The notes under the pieces are model-generated. The model did not search any database. It was not told the DNA's origin and saw only the letters and a program-made list of their open reading frames with translations. From NCBI GenBank assembly GCA_964016885.1, contig OZ024747.1, positions 92,070,001-92,134,000 of the forward strand: a DNA stretch of 64,000 nucleotides. Direction: 5' to 3'. The DNA comes from Eledone cirrhosa. Lineage: Eukaryota. Positions 41,701 through 56,537 of the stretch are shown here, in pieces (within the stretch, counting starts at the first letter, position 1; each line of letters begins with the position of its first letter). The translations under genes were made by a program, and so were the position numbers.

Positions 41701-43423
41701 GTGAAGGATTTTGGCCATGAAGTAAGTGAGACTGGATGTCAAACCATTTTGGATTGCATGTGAAGGTGATGAAAAGATCAGGACGGCCACAATGGCGGAC
41801 ATAGGTGAGAGTATCCTACATTTTTTCATGCATGTAACGGGGGCCTCCAGTGTATGACGATGGGAGAATGACAGAAAGCCCAAAATCCGAAGCAATAACC
41901 TGATCATTTCGGTTGACTTCGTCACGTAGACTGCCGTATTCTTCTGAACGCAGTTCCTTTTGATAGTGTCTTATCCATTGGAGGTGTTCAGTGTCAATCT
42001 GGAAAAGGAAGAAATTGTTATGGTAAATATTGAGTGAACTGGCTAAGGAACGAAATCATAAAATAAGAAATAGTTACCATAGCAAATACGTCTACACAGT
42101 ATTGATTGAGGAGCATCCGTGTTCTATGCAGAATGTTGATGTCGTTTTTGTGAGCCATAAGCCTAAATGCATAAAATTCCATTTGGGAAATGGTTTTCCG
42201 TGGTTGAAGATGCATTAAAGTTACCGGATTACACTTTGGCAAGTCAATGCGGTAGCCATCGTCGACAAAGGGGGGACAGTAATGGATATTGGAGGGCATC
42301 ATATGCAGAATGAAGTTCATTTATTTTTTTGAAAACGCGAGTCCTGCCATTTAAGAACGATATCATGGTTTGAAGCACTCTCATTAGGACTTGTTATAAG
42401 CACCGCAACTTCATCGGTTTGGGCTCTGTTAAAGCAACCCTGATGCTGCCCTGGTGGAGCGCGGTCACCTCAAATGACAACCTTGAATTGATTGGTGTTA
42501 GCATCTCTACGCTGAAAAGCAGTTTTGAAAATGGTGACGTAGGGGTTTATGGTATGAAGCATATACTGAAGCGGCTGCAGAAGAAAAGGTATTGTTCATT
42601 TAGCAACTGAAGCTCTTCGTGCAGTTTCTTCAGGTCCGTTCCCCATAAAGTAAATCTGAAGAAAACAGTGTTCATCGCCATCTTGTGGAATAAGGGAGCC
42701 AATTTGATGGTAAATTTGACCTTGCACTTTGAATGTGGGCATATAATTTCCATGTTTTATTGGTGTATGACCGAAGCATGTCATTTGGAAAGCCGAATTG
42801 TAGGCTCTTATATTTCTAAGAAAGTGTTTAGAATTAGGGTGGTCTCCAAGCAGCAGAGAATTCAAAGGTTCGGTACCGACTTGTAAATGAGGCAATCTAA
42901 CCGTTCCATTGGAGCAGCATATACCGGTAGATTCTGCTGGCCACCTCATTGCGTTACAATGGACGCAAACAGTTGACATGCTACCAATGATGATATGTGG
43001 GTGAGATGCGTAGTCCTCTTGGAGGCTGTAATGAAAAGCCTTCTTAGACCAGTAACAGGAAGAAACCCTCGGAAAGACATGAGAACGCATTTTCCGTTGA
43101 GAATCAGCCGCAAGCCTTGTTGCTCTTTGGTCAACAGTCTCTAAAGCACGGCTATTTGAAGTAGAAGCAGCATCGCAAGCAAGCCGGAGTTCTGCTTGTT
43201 CAGCATTCTGTAATGCTCTGGCCTTCGAAGTAGAAGTAGCATTGCGAGTGAGCTGGAGTTCTGCTTGTTCGGTTGTCTGTAATGCACTGGCGATCGAAGT
43301 AGAAGCAGCATTGCGAGCACGCCGTAGCATACATTGTTCTTCTGTCTCTCTTGTGCGCAAAGAACGCAAAGCAAAAGCATTTCTTGTTTTTATTCCAATG
43401 TGACTCTTGCTTTTTCGAGGCAT
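38782..43423 (-). pseudogene. Helitron Rep-helicase (HUH Rep plus PIF1-like SF1 helicase), frameshifted, at least one intron
   Basis: Starts MPRKSK. Rep motifs GRPDLFITFTCNPKW, YTVEWQKRGLPHAHIL and YICKYVHK. Helicase motifs FLDAPGGTEKT, WDEATM, GDFRQTLP, NMRS, ILAPTN, FAMTIKKAQGQSL and FSHGQL. Ends TKNVVYKAALQ*. Confidence 0.97.
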
Positions 43424-44049
43424 TCTATGGAAAATCTGTAATTGAATAAATCTGAAACAAATCATTAACTGTCAACCAGAGACTGATATACTACAGAACC
43501 TACTGCAAATGTTCAATGAGCTATAAAGAAAATATCATTACAAACTGACTGATCACCTAGAAGAAATTGTGAAACACAATGCTGTAAATGTTATGTATAT
43601 GTCGTTAAGGAATTGTCGCTTACAGCAACTATATTCCGTGACATCGGCAATCAAATTACTGAGTACAATACTTGTCTACTTTGAAGGTTCTAGAAGTATT
43701 ACAGTTCATCAGTGCTAATTAATAAAAGGGTGTTGTAATACACAATATACAGCGTCATCTAAAGTGGTTATGTTTCTTTTATAAAAACGTCTCGCCTCCT
43801 CCTTTAGCAATGTGTAACATTTTAAGAGATCAGGTGAATAATACGCAAGTTATAATACTTTACACACAGACAGAACGGGACTCGATCTCATCGAAAATCT
43901 GTAATTGAATAAATCTGAAACAAATCAAATCAAAGAAATTTACCTGGTTGCTGTTTATAGGACTCCTAATGAAGATTCTGAATGCAAAGTCCCATAAGGA
44001 TTAGAAAAATGGCGATATATATATATATAAATATACCTGTAAAAATATG

Positions 44050-45160
<1,111 letters not shown>

Positions 45161-46102
45161 CGTTCCTGCTTACGGCAGTTCTAATGGAGATTTTTTAACG
45201 CAAAGTCACACAAGGATTAGAAAAATAGCGATTATCAATTTGAAAGTAACAATTATGCAATAAATAGTTGTTATTGACATGTCTCGCATCCTCCTTTGGC
45301 AATGTGTACAATTTATGCGAGATCGGGTGAACAATACACAAGTTATAATACTTTACACACACACAGAGTTCCAATTCTTGTTTACTGCTATTTCCCGTTA
45401 TATTTTTTAAATATGTTTATGATATGTAGAAATGATCAAATATTATTTCTGCACACTTGAATTAGTGTTCAACTTTTTATACATATGTTTTTTTACAGTA
45501 CACATCTGACTACATATTCTTATTGCTCTCTATACATTTCTTGCACTGAAATATAAATATGACTGAGCATATTTTCATTGTTTCAGGAACATAAAAGACT
45601 TCTCAGAATATTTTTTTTACACTGACATTTCTACTATATCTACAAATATATTTTAATGTTCTTATATTGAACTTTGAACAGTGTGTATAATTATTGAAGC
45701 AAAATTCCAAATATTTCTCTTGACAAATATCAGTAGAAATCCTAATATCAGTAGAAGTCCTAATTAAATGTCACCCGAAAATGTCACAAGATAGCTGCAA
45801 GTGAAATAACAATCTCAACGTGTGTTACTGCACCTTAACATCTATCTTATCACGAGCGGGTGACATTTTTTCAATCACTTTTCTGTCTCTTTTGACTTTT
45901 TTATTTCTTATATCCCTATTATGTTTTAAAAAGAAACAATATTAATTTTTTTTCAGCTATCGAAAGCTGTATTATTCTTATTTATTCTCAATTAAAAAAT
46001 AGTTTCTATCTCTTGAAGACACTCAAAATTATATGTATGTATATATATACATATACAAATGTATATATATATATATCAAATGAAAAAACGGAGTTAAAGA
46101 CT

Positions 46103-46133
<31 letters not shown>

Positions 46134-46145
46134 TTATTATTATAA

Positions 46146-46328
46146 GGGCGGTGAATTGGCAGTATCGGTAGAGGGTCGGACATGCTTTCCAGCGCAGTTA
46201 CCTCTCTTTACGATCTGAGTTCAAATCCCACCGAGGTTAACTTTGCCTTTCATCCTTACGGGGTCGATAAAATAAAGTACCAGTAATGTACTGGGTAATT
46301 GCTGGCCGTGTGCCAAAAGTAGAAACAA
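46146..46328 (+). mobile_element. Near full-length SINE family A, flanked by (ATT)n (further copies: 46994-47130 minus, 47409-47595 plus, 49591-49805 plus)
   Basis: Head GGCGGTGAATTGGCAG, B box GAGTTCAAATCC, core GCCTTTCATCCTTACGGGGTCGATAAAATAAAGTACCAG (Deu/Nin-like), tail GTAGAAAC(AATT...). Confidence 0.92.
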
Positions 46329-46330
46329 TT

Positions 46331-46378
<48 letters not shown>

Positions 46379-46675
46379 AGGTTCAATCGGGGGTAACCAC
46401 AGTAAGTAAGGTACTCAATACATAGCAGAGTATAAATAATTAATAATATAGAAATGGCTTCTACACGACTAGAACTGTTTTATTCGGGAGTAATCATCAT
46501 ATATATATATAATAGTTGTAATAATGATAATAATATTAACTGGTGTAGTTAAACTTTTGGAATTCTAATATTATGTCACAGGGGTGGAGATTTTAAGCCG
46601 ACAGAAACATATGTCAGTTTGATAATGCATTGAATCTTCGGTATTTTTGAAATATACATACACAGACACACTCAT

Positions 46676-46791
46676 ATTAGCAAACCCTACTCGAGGAAGC
46701 GCGCTTCATCGGACGGATTTTCAACCCCCAGCCATACACGGTTTGAAAATCCGTCCGGTGAAACATGTGTATTCGAGTATGGTTTGCTAAT
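46676..46791. repeat. Fold-back with about 50-bp arms containing a hammerhead 3' half (GAAACATGTGTA)
   Basis: ATTAGCAAACC.TACTCGA...CGGACGGATTTTCAA pairs with TTGAAAATCCGTCCG...TCGAGTA.GGTTTGCTAAT. Confidence 0.8.
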
Positions 46792-46881
46792 TTGTTGTGG
46801 AACTACCTCTATACCGAACTTCTCCTTTGGACTGAGTGATCTACCTACCTACTACGGATATAACCTGCCGGTTTTTTACCC

Positions 46882-46913
<32 letters not shown>

Positions 46914-46916
46914 CTA

Positions 46917-46997
<81 letters not shown>

Positions 46998-47630
46998 GTT
47001 TCTACTTTAGGCACAAGGCCAGCAATTACCCAGTACATTACTGGTACTTTATTTTATCGACCCCGTAAGGATGAAAGGCAAAGTTAACCTCGGCGGGATT
47101 TGAACTCAGGCTGTAAAGGGATGTAACTATAATGAATGGATCTACACTGTGTATGCCTCCTAATGAGCTGTGCTGAAGATTTTTTTGTTTTTACTTTTGG
47201 TCTGTGTTCCTTGATTTGTTCTAGGCATCTTTTCCCCTATCGTGTACCTTTTTAATATTGGTGTTTTTTGTTGTCTATATCATTTTTATTTTTATTTTTT
47301 TTGTTATTTTATTTTTTACACTATATATATATATAAACCTCCCACTGTCTTGTATTGCCCTTTTGTCGTTTCTTGAGACAAATAAAGAATATTATTATTG
47401 CTATCATTGGCGGTGGATTGGCAGTATCAGTAGAGGGTCGGACGCCATGATTTGACGCATTGAGTTACGGCTCTTGTCATTCTGAGTTCAAATCACGCCG
47501 AGGTTAACTTTGCCTTTCATCCTTACGGGGTCGATAAAATAAAGTACCAGTAATACACTGGGTAATTGCTGGCCTTGTGCCAAAAGTAGAAACAATTATT
47601 ATTATTATTATTATTATTACTATTATTATT

Positions 47631-48923
47631 GTTCTTTGAGTCTCAGTCATTGATGTTAGTTAACTGGAAAGTTTGTTGAAATGAATATCAAGCTGCTACC
47701 TGCAGCCTCAGATATTCAGGACGTATCGGAGGGTTCTTGTTGTTCCCAGTAAGCATGCCTTTTAAAGTGTTCCAAAAAACGGGGCTGGACTATTCTTCTT
47801 TAGCCATCCCTGGAAACTCCTTGAGATAGTATCTAGTGCGCCTATGACAATCGGGACCACTTTGACCTCATGGCAGTTCGAAATCCTTTTTACCTCCCAC
47901 TTTACGTCCTGGTATCGGTTAATTTTCTCCCTCTCCTTCTCTTGCACTCTCGTGTCGAATGGGCAGGCCACATCCACAATCAGGCACGATCTTTTTTCCT
48001 TGTCCAAAACCACTAGGTCAGGTCTATTGTGTTCCAGTTTCTTGTCCGTCTGTATCCTAAAATCCCACATCACCTTCACCTGATCGTTTTCTATCACCGA
48101 CTCTGGCTTATGCTCATACCACTTCTCAGAATGTGGTAAATTGTTTACTTTGCATAGGTGCCAGTGGATCACCCTTCCCATCACATCATGTCCCCAGCCT
48201 TTATATTGAGTCTCGGCTAGGTGTTTACACTCAGATACAATGTGAGCCACAGTCTCCTCTCTCTCTCAAGTGGTGTTTCAACCACTTCGTTTTGAGGGCC
48301 TGCTCTTGCGCAGCCATTAGCATTCCTTCTGTACCCTTTTTAAGGTCTCCTCTTTTCAACCAGTTCCATGTCTGTGGATCTCTGAATTCAGTTTTCTCAA
48401 AGAAGGTACTATGAAGGGATTTTTCATGAAGGCTGCTCTTTCTCCTTGTTGTTATTTCCTCCGGGGACATCCCCTGGTCTCCTTCAGTACAATTCTGAGC
48501 ATTGGCGCCTTACTATCAGTCACGTATTCGTGTAGGTTGTTTTTCTCCATCTGAACACAGTCCTCTATGCTGATAAGACCTCTTCCACCTTCAGATCTCC
48601 TTAAGTAGAGTCTATCGACATGACTCCTCTTGTGGAACATGTTGTAGATAGTCAATAGCTTCCTAGTCTTCCTATCCATTTCTTTTTGTTCAGCAACATT
48701 CCATCTCAGAATTCCGGCACTGTACCTAATAATAGACACAGCTCGGGAATTTACTGCACTTATGGCATTCCTACTGTTCAGATGTGACTTTAATACGCTC
48801 CTTACTCTCCGAATGTATTCAGATCTTATCAATTCCTTCATTTTTTTGTTCTTGATGTCATCAGCCTCCAGAACACCCAAATACTTGTATCCTTCTTCAG
48901 TGTCAATTTCCTTTATCATCTCA
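47631..48923 (-). mobile_element. R4/Dong-clade LINE with restriction-like endonuclease, 5'-truncated and internally deleted
   Basis: YKYLGV, RLYLRRSEGGRGL, AAQEQAL, ETVAHIVSEC, HNRPDLVVLDK..LIVDVACPFD..EKINRYQD; (TAA)n on both sides. Confidence 0.92.
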
Positions 48924-48966
48924 ATTATTATTATTATTATCATTATTATTATTATTATTATTATTA

Positions 48967-49433
48967 CAGTTGCATTTATCTTGCTTTATGTTCATATGAG
49001 TTATCACCAAGTCACAACCAGTGACCTCAAGAGACAACAACGTCCGCCGTGTTCAAGAAAGAACATACATACTCACACATGCATATTTAGTGTTTAGACT
49101 TGTGATGTACTTATATTGACAGAATCTTCCTTAGTATATGGGCAGTTCCCATTAGTACTATCTTTTGTATTTCTCCTATACGCGGGTTTCCTGGGATTTG
49201 AGATAAGTAATCATTAGACCCCTTAGGTATCATTCCTAGAGTGCCTACAACCACTGGTATTGTTTTAGTTCTCAATTTCCACATTTTTCCAATTTCTATC
49301 TCCAGGTCCTTATACTTGCTCAATTTTCAAATGTTTTTATAGATACATTCTTGTCTATTGGAACAGACATATCCATTAGCAGGCATACCCTCTTTTTAAA
49401 GTCCTTCAATATTATATCAGGTCTATTTGCATC
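48967..49433 (-). mobile_element. Second R4/Dong-clade LINE 3' fragment (different subfamily)
   Basis: ANRPDIILKDFKKRVCLLMDMSVP, SKYKDLEIEIGKMW and GTAHILRKILSI*; flanked by (TAA)n. Confidence 0.9.
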
Positions 49434-49465
49434 TATTATTATTATTATTATTATTATTGTTGTTG

Positions 49466-49497
<32 letters not shown>

Positions 49498-49550
49498 GGT
49501 GGTGGTGGTGGTGGTGGTGGTGGTGGTGGTGGTGGTGGTGGTGGTGGTGG

Positions 49551-49590
<40 letters not shown>

Positions 49591-51694
49591 GGGGTGGTGG
49601 TTGGCAGTACCGATAGAGCGTCGGAAAATATGCTTCGCACTATAGAGTTACGATCCTTTACGTTCTGAGTTCAAATTCCGCCGACGTTAGTTTTGCCTTT
49701 CATCCTTAAGGGATAAAATATAGCACCAGTAATGCACTGGGGTCGTTTTAACCGACTCTTCCCTCCCCTTCTAATTACTGGCCTTGTGCCTAAAGTAAAA
49801 ACAATTATTATTATTGTTGTTGTTGCGTTTCTGATTTAAGCATTAAGTCCTAAATTCATTGCATAATTTTGATTCTCTTTTTTATGTCCTGGGTTCAAGA
49901 ATCAACTTTGTTTTTCCTCCTCATCTAATAATACGTATCAGTAGCGTAGTGAGACGAATCTCATCATCGAAACACTCCCATCCTAAATGGTTTCTCCAGT
50001 TATTATGTTAGACATACTTACGATAATATATTTTAGATGTTCTTTTTTCTGAAAATAAATGATGTTGTTGAAATGGTCGACAGTGACTTTTAAGCCACTA
50101 CCAATGACCAAATAAGTACCAGCAACATAGTGTAGTGATATAATTGGCTATAAGCACTCCTTTATAAAAAGTCGATTGGGTGCATAAAAACACGTTATCA
50201 CTGTAAACAAAATGCTTAGAGAGATTTTTTACAAATTAAATTTTCTATAAATTTTCTACAAATTAAATGTTCATATATAGTAATTTAGGTTTAGGTTATT
50301 TCTTCAAGTGCCTTTAACCACCAATAGTTATCTCATAAGAAAAAAGAAGACCTGTTCTAATAAACCATTTATTTAAATAATTGAAATGAATTATGGTTGT
50401 AAATCTATCAGGAGTTTTAATCCAATCAATTTGGTTGCTAGGCAGCTTGGAAATAACAAAGTAGGTCTCTCTTGTTTATTTTCCTAACGAATTAAATCAA
50501 TTCTCTTGAAAGATAAATGATTTCTGTATTTAATTATAATTCTGAAAGAATTTATTTCGACTTCAAGTAGCTTAAACTATCTATTCCGCTAAGATACTTC
50601 TGAATTAAACTCTATACAAATCGCGTGAATATCATTGGTGAGATTCCGACATGGACATTCAAACCATTATTCATGTAATAGTTATTTATCTATTATTAAC
50701 GCTATATTAAGAGGATAGACACAAAATAAACTACAATTTTTACACCTATAAAAAGAAACAACTCAGTATACCTCTAAATCTTTACTTCCTTTCTTTCTTA
50801 AATAAATTAAGGATGGGTATAGTGGTTTATAAATTCTATTATATATTACTTTATGTCTGTTAAAAACTTTAAATATAATATAAAAGAATAAATACATTCT
50901 TCAAGTGATTAGCATCTTTCAGAATCATATTCTTCTAGCCTTTTTTTTTTCTTGTTTATAATGGCACTTATCTATTTTCTTTTCATGATATATCTCAACT
51001 TGTTCTCGCTGGCAATGTTTACAAATGTACAGAGTAGCTATTTCTATTAGATACTTATTTTCCTTTATCAGTGGAAATTGGATTCTATTGCCGTTTATTC
51101 TAGTTGATTCATTTGAAAAGTGCTTCAACAAGAACTATGCAAATATCTTAAACTTTATATCATTCTTCTCTTCTACGAAAAATAAGAGTACAAATATTCT
51201 TAATGTACTTAAAAATCGGCTTCCTTTCCTGCAAGCCTATAAATTTTAATGATATTCGCAATATCAAAGGAGATTATGGGGAAAGACGTCCCCGATACCG
51301 TTCGTCTGTTCATATAAGCGTATACTTTCAAAGAATCGAGATAATCTTTATTATTGAGTAGCTTCTTTGAATATGGTGCTTGTTGAACTAGACAAGATAA
51401 TCTCACCTAGTTGTTTTCGTCACCGTTATGTTAGGAATTATATCGGATAACTTCTTATTTTATTGCTTAAACTTCTCGTTATATTTATTGTTTTCAATAC
51501 CCACCTTTATTGAAATAAAAATAAACATCCTCTGCACTCTTCCTAGATATGTCATTTTAGTAACTAGGTTTTATAGCAGTTTTCTATTTATAGATTTCCC
51601 TTCGTCTCCTTCAGCTTTGGACTCTAAACTTTGATTCTATATAATTTTCGAGAGAATTTGTCATTATACAATATATGTGTATATATATATATAC

Positions 51695-51805
<111 letters not shown>

Positions 51806-53453
51806 GATAGATATATAGATAGAAAGATAGATAAATAGATGTATATATATAATATATGTATGTATATACGTACATATATATTTATTTGTTCAAAAGAGTT
51901 ACACTAAGACTATAATTTATTTCTAACTTATTTAGTGTATAACTGCAAATAATTGGTTTAGATACACTCTTTCATATAACATATTATTTCGGAATAAAAC
52001 AATGCTATTGTTTGCCCACTCCGTTGGTTTTAGTATATTGTTTTCTCGCCTCTCCTTCAAACTACTTCTTTGCTCAGTTGACAATATTCGTCATGTTACA
52101 ATATGAAACCATTAGTAATTTTCTGTTTGCAATTCTCTACTGAACGCTTCATATACATTTAAACCACCTTTATTTATTTTTATTGGCTGTATGGTCAAAC
52201 ATTTTAACATTACCTCTTAACATTATGTAGTAGAAAACATTTCAAACGGGTTTGTTAATGAAAATGTTTACAATGTATTTACTAGTGGACAGATCATTGT
52301 GAAAATTTGCAATAAACTAAAATAAAGACTTTAATATTTAATATGATACAGCCAACGTGCAGTTTTGTACATCCCAAGAATGCTCTTCTAGCGTCATTTC
52401 ATGCGGTACAGTATGGTAGGATTTAATATTAACATCTTTTTAGAAATGATTATACTACTATTGTACCTAAGATATCTATTTATTATTAATGTATTCACAC
52501 AAGTTGCCACAGTCTGAAAATCTATATTTTTCACTCTATGCCATATGTAATACAGAGTACTTTGAATACTTTTTATATATTATGTCTGTGTGAAATAGTT
52601 TGCTTCTATTTCTTCCTCCGCAATATCATTCTAATTTTGTCCGCAGACACAGCCGAATCACCACTCAGACTGGGGTGAAATCTGTCCATCCCTCTGCCCC
52701 TCCCTTTCTTTCGTTGATTAATTCTCTCTTTTTCTGTTATGAACTATAATATTCTCTTATTAATTATTTTCTGTAATAGTTAATAGCAAATAAAATATAG
52801 CAATCCTATTTTGAATTAAGTACGAAAGCACGGCACAGTACTGAAGGATGTTGATACATGGATGCTGACTATTTAATATAATATCACGCGTCATAATTAT
52901 CGGGCAGCCATGATGGACGGATGAGATGACAGACACAACCTTTAAGACGGCGACCAGAACCAGTTTGAATAAAAGCCTTCTCTTGAATTGGTTTACATTT
53001 TCTTTTTCTTCTCTTTATTGATAAAGTACGAATTTAAAGACGTTTCTGGTACATATTCTGCATCTGTTATTCTTCATATAATAAATTGTTTTACTTGTTA
53101 TATCAATACTTATTTTCTTGTGGTATATATCCATTATAGTCATGTCTGCTCTTAACTCTAATTAGTTGTTTGTTTGGCAGATTTGTCAATCATAAAATAC
53201 TCAAGAGGAAGCGTTCTTGAGCTTATTATTTAATCATTATTTAGTACATTTTTCATGATATTCAGAATAACAATTTTCATATTAGATAATCCTCGTACTT
53301 CATAGTCATTTCTAGTCAGATAACGAACACCTCTACTACATATAATTCTGTACTGTTAAAGATGTATCACTAGGATTTTAATAAGGCTCATCTTTTCGTT
53401 TTCTGTGATTTTTATTACGTTTTCTATTTAGAGCAACGCAAATTCACACACAA

Positions 53454-53495
<42 letters not shown>

Positions 53496-53520
53496 ACATC
53501 TGTATATACACACAGACGCG

Positions 53521-53623
<103 letters not shown>

Positions 53624-53695
53624 CTGTTTTCCTTCTGTTGTAACGTTTTTTTGAATTATTTTCTCCTGCTTCCACGAATAAATTTTTTTCTTTTT

Positions 53696-53746
53696 AGTTT
53701 CAGAAGATCCCGTTATGGGTGAAAGCAGCGAATCTTTGCTTAAACT
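53696..53746 (+). ncRNA. Variant-core hammerhead (family H2, third copy)
   Basis: AGTTT-CAGAAGA-TCCC-GTTAT-GGGT-GAAA-GCAG-CGAATCT-TTGC-TT-AAACT. Confidence 0.7.
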
Positions 53747-53756
53747 TTAATCTGTT

Positions 53757-53819
<63 letters not shown>

Positions 53820-53820
53820 G

Positions 53821-55022
53821 TATATACAAATAAACCACAGAGTTACTAACTCATATAGATACCCTGTAATTAACAAGCTCAAAGTATAAATACTGAGCAT
53901 TATATAATAATAAATATATATTAATAAAATAATAAATAGGGCGGTGGATTGGCAGTATCGGTAGAGGGTTTAAAATATATAATGGTATTTTCATGAAAAT
54001 TACAAACTCGACTGTCACCACATATTATGAACCTGAAGATTGCGAAAGCATGAAAGTACTTGTTCAATTAACACTTAGAATTTAATATTCTATCATACTA
54101 TTTCATTATAATACCATTATATATTTTAAAGGATTGTAAATAAAACGAGTAAATCAGACAAAGTTGGAATTCCTCTTATTAATATATATATGTATATACG
54201 ATATTAACAAATGGAAACTATATTTATAAAACCATATTTATTTCATTAAACATATTTCAAGGACACCAAGTTAAATTATGGTGTGCTTTCATCAGATAAA
54301 ATATAATATAGATCAGTTTTATAAATAAATATTGACATACCTCAAAAAATGCAACCATTACTGTTGGAAGCTCCCGGATAGTAACGGTTGCATTTTTTAG
54401 GGTATGTCAATATTTATTTATAAAACTGATCTATATTATATTTTATCTGATGAAAGCAGACCATAATTTAAGTTGGTGTCCTTTAAATATGTATAATGAA
54501 ATAAATATGGTTTCGATTTCACCGAATTTAAATTCATAGAAATTTGGGACTTGACTCCTTCTTCCTCACTTTTCGTTGCTTCACCATTTTTGTTTGTTTA
54601 CACTCGCGTCCCCTTTATTTACGTGTCCCAACGACTTTTTTTAGCCGTTGCTCGCACCAACCGGAGGTATATGGTCTTTAAAGCGATGAATTACCAATGA
54701 TGGTTGGAAGATCACTGATGAAGGACTAACTTTATTCATATATATATATACATAAATAGCTTAGAGTTTAGACTCAATGGGGTCATTTACAATCATTTGT
54801 ATTTTGTATTTTGAATTATAAACGTGTCTAGGTACCAAGGTATTTTGCCCATATGAGTCTGTGAGTATTGATTTATTATTTTTTAGATCGTACGGGCAAA
54901 CTTGATGTTGTTGAATTAAGATATTTCATTCTAGCGATTTTATTAGTCAATTGCAACTAAAACATGTAAATGTTCATCAAATATTAATATATATATACAT
55001 ATGCATATATATATATATATAC

Positions 55023-55095
<73 letters not shown>

Positions 55096-55708
55096 TACAT
55101 ATCAATATATATATATATACATATATGTAAAAGTTCTATTTAAATTGTTGGGATACAACAAGCAAATATTTTTATAACTGATATAAAGCACTCAACAAAT
55201 ATTTGGAGTAAAAATACGATATTAATAAATGGAAACTATATTTATAAAACCATATTTATTTCATTATACATATATCAAGGACACCAACTTAAATTATGGT
55301 GTGCTTTCATCAGATAAAATATAATATAGATCAGTTTTATAAATAAATATTGACATACCCTAAAAAATGCAACCATTACTATCCGGGAGCTTCCAACAGT
55401 AATGGTTGCATTTTTTGAGGGTATGTCAATATTTATTTATAAAACTGATCTATATTATATTTTATCTGATGAAAGCACACCATAAGTTAACTTGGTGTCC
55501 TTGAAATATGTTTAATGAAATAAATATGGTTTTATAAATATAGTTTCCATTTGTTAATATCGTATATACATATATATATATACATATACATATATATATA
55601 CATATATATATATACATATATATTTATTATTATATAATGCTCAGTATTTATACTTTGAGCTTGTTAATTACAGGGTATCTATATGAGTTAGTAACTCTGT
55701 GTTTTATT

Positions 55709-55716
<8 letters not shown>
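53821..55716. repeat. Nested inverted duplication: two copies of one hammerhead palindrome (54197-54513 and 55215-55564) in opposite orientation, plus outer arms (53821-53916 and 55620-55716)
   Basis: Spacers GTTGGAAGCTCCCGGAT and ATCCGGGAGCTTCCAAC are reverse complements; outer arms match. Confidence 0.92.
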
Positions 55717-55740
<24 letters not shown>

Positions 55741-56465
55741 CATATATATATATACATTTATATATATATACATATATATATACATATCTATATATATATA
55801 TATATATACATATATATATACTTATATATATACATATATATACATATATATACATATATATATATATACATATATATATATACATATATATATATATACA
55901 TATATATATACATATATATATATATATATGCATACATACATTCTTTAATAAAATAGTCTCTAAAATAGTACAGTAGTTTGGGTTTTGCACTTCAAAAGTC
56001 TTTGTGTAGAATATCAACATCTCTTGCAATAACACAGTTTATTTTTCATTAGAAATATGGTAATTCCTATTCCCTTCACGAGGAAAGAAATGTTTAAAGA
56101 TCATGAAATAGGAAATAAATTTAATTTGTGTGAAACAGACGAGACTTTTTAAACCAAACTATTTCAGATGTTTTCGTATTATTTTTCTAATATTTGACAC
56201 CTTTTTCCTTTTAAACCTCTTTCAGTAGTTAGAATACATTTCATACCATTCTGAATAACATATATGCGTAAGAGGTAGAAAGTTATGGCTTATAAATGTG
56301 TATTATGATAGGTTTTAGAAACGTTTATTCGGGAACAGGCTATCAAAATGTGATAACATAGCTATAAAGATATATGATATCGACGCTTAAGAGCTACCGA
56401 CGCTCCAGACACGTATGCGCGTGCAAAAACACACATACACACACACACAGACACACACACACACA

Positions 56466-56537
<72 letters not shown>

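Noticed and set aside
38814-42886. Plus-strand ORFs inside the Helitron
   Set aside because: They are antisense shadows of the RepHel coding sequence.
50300-51650. Possible decayed family B DNA polymerase (minus-strand ISFDI and LYPSLI resemblances)
   Set aside because: Only two short imperfect motifs, no KxxxNSxYG or DTDS found, and many stops. A translated profile search would be needed.
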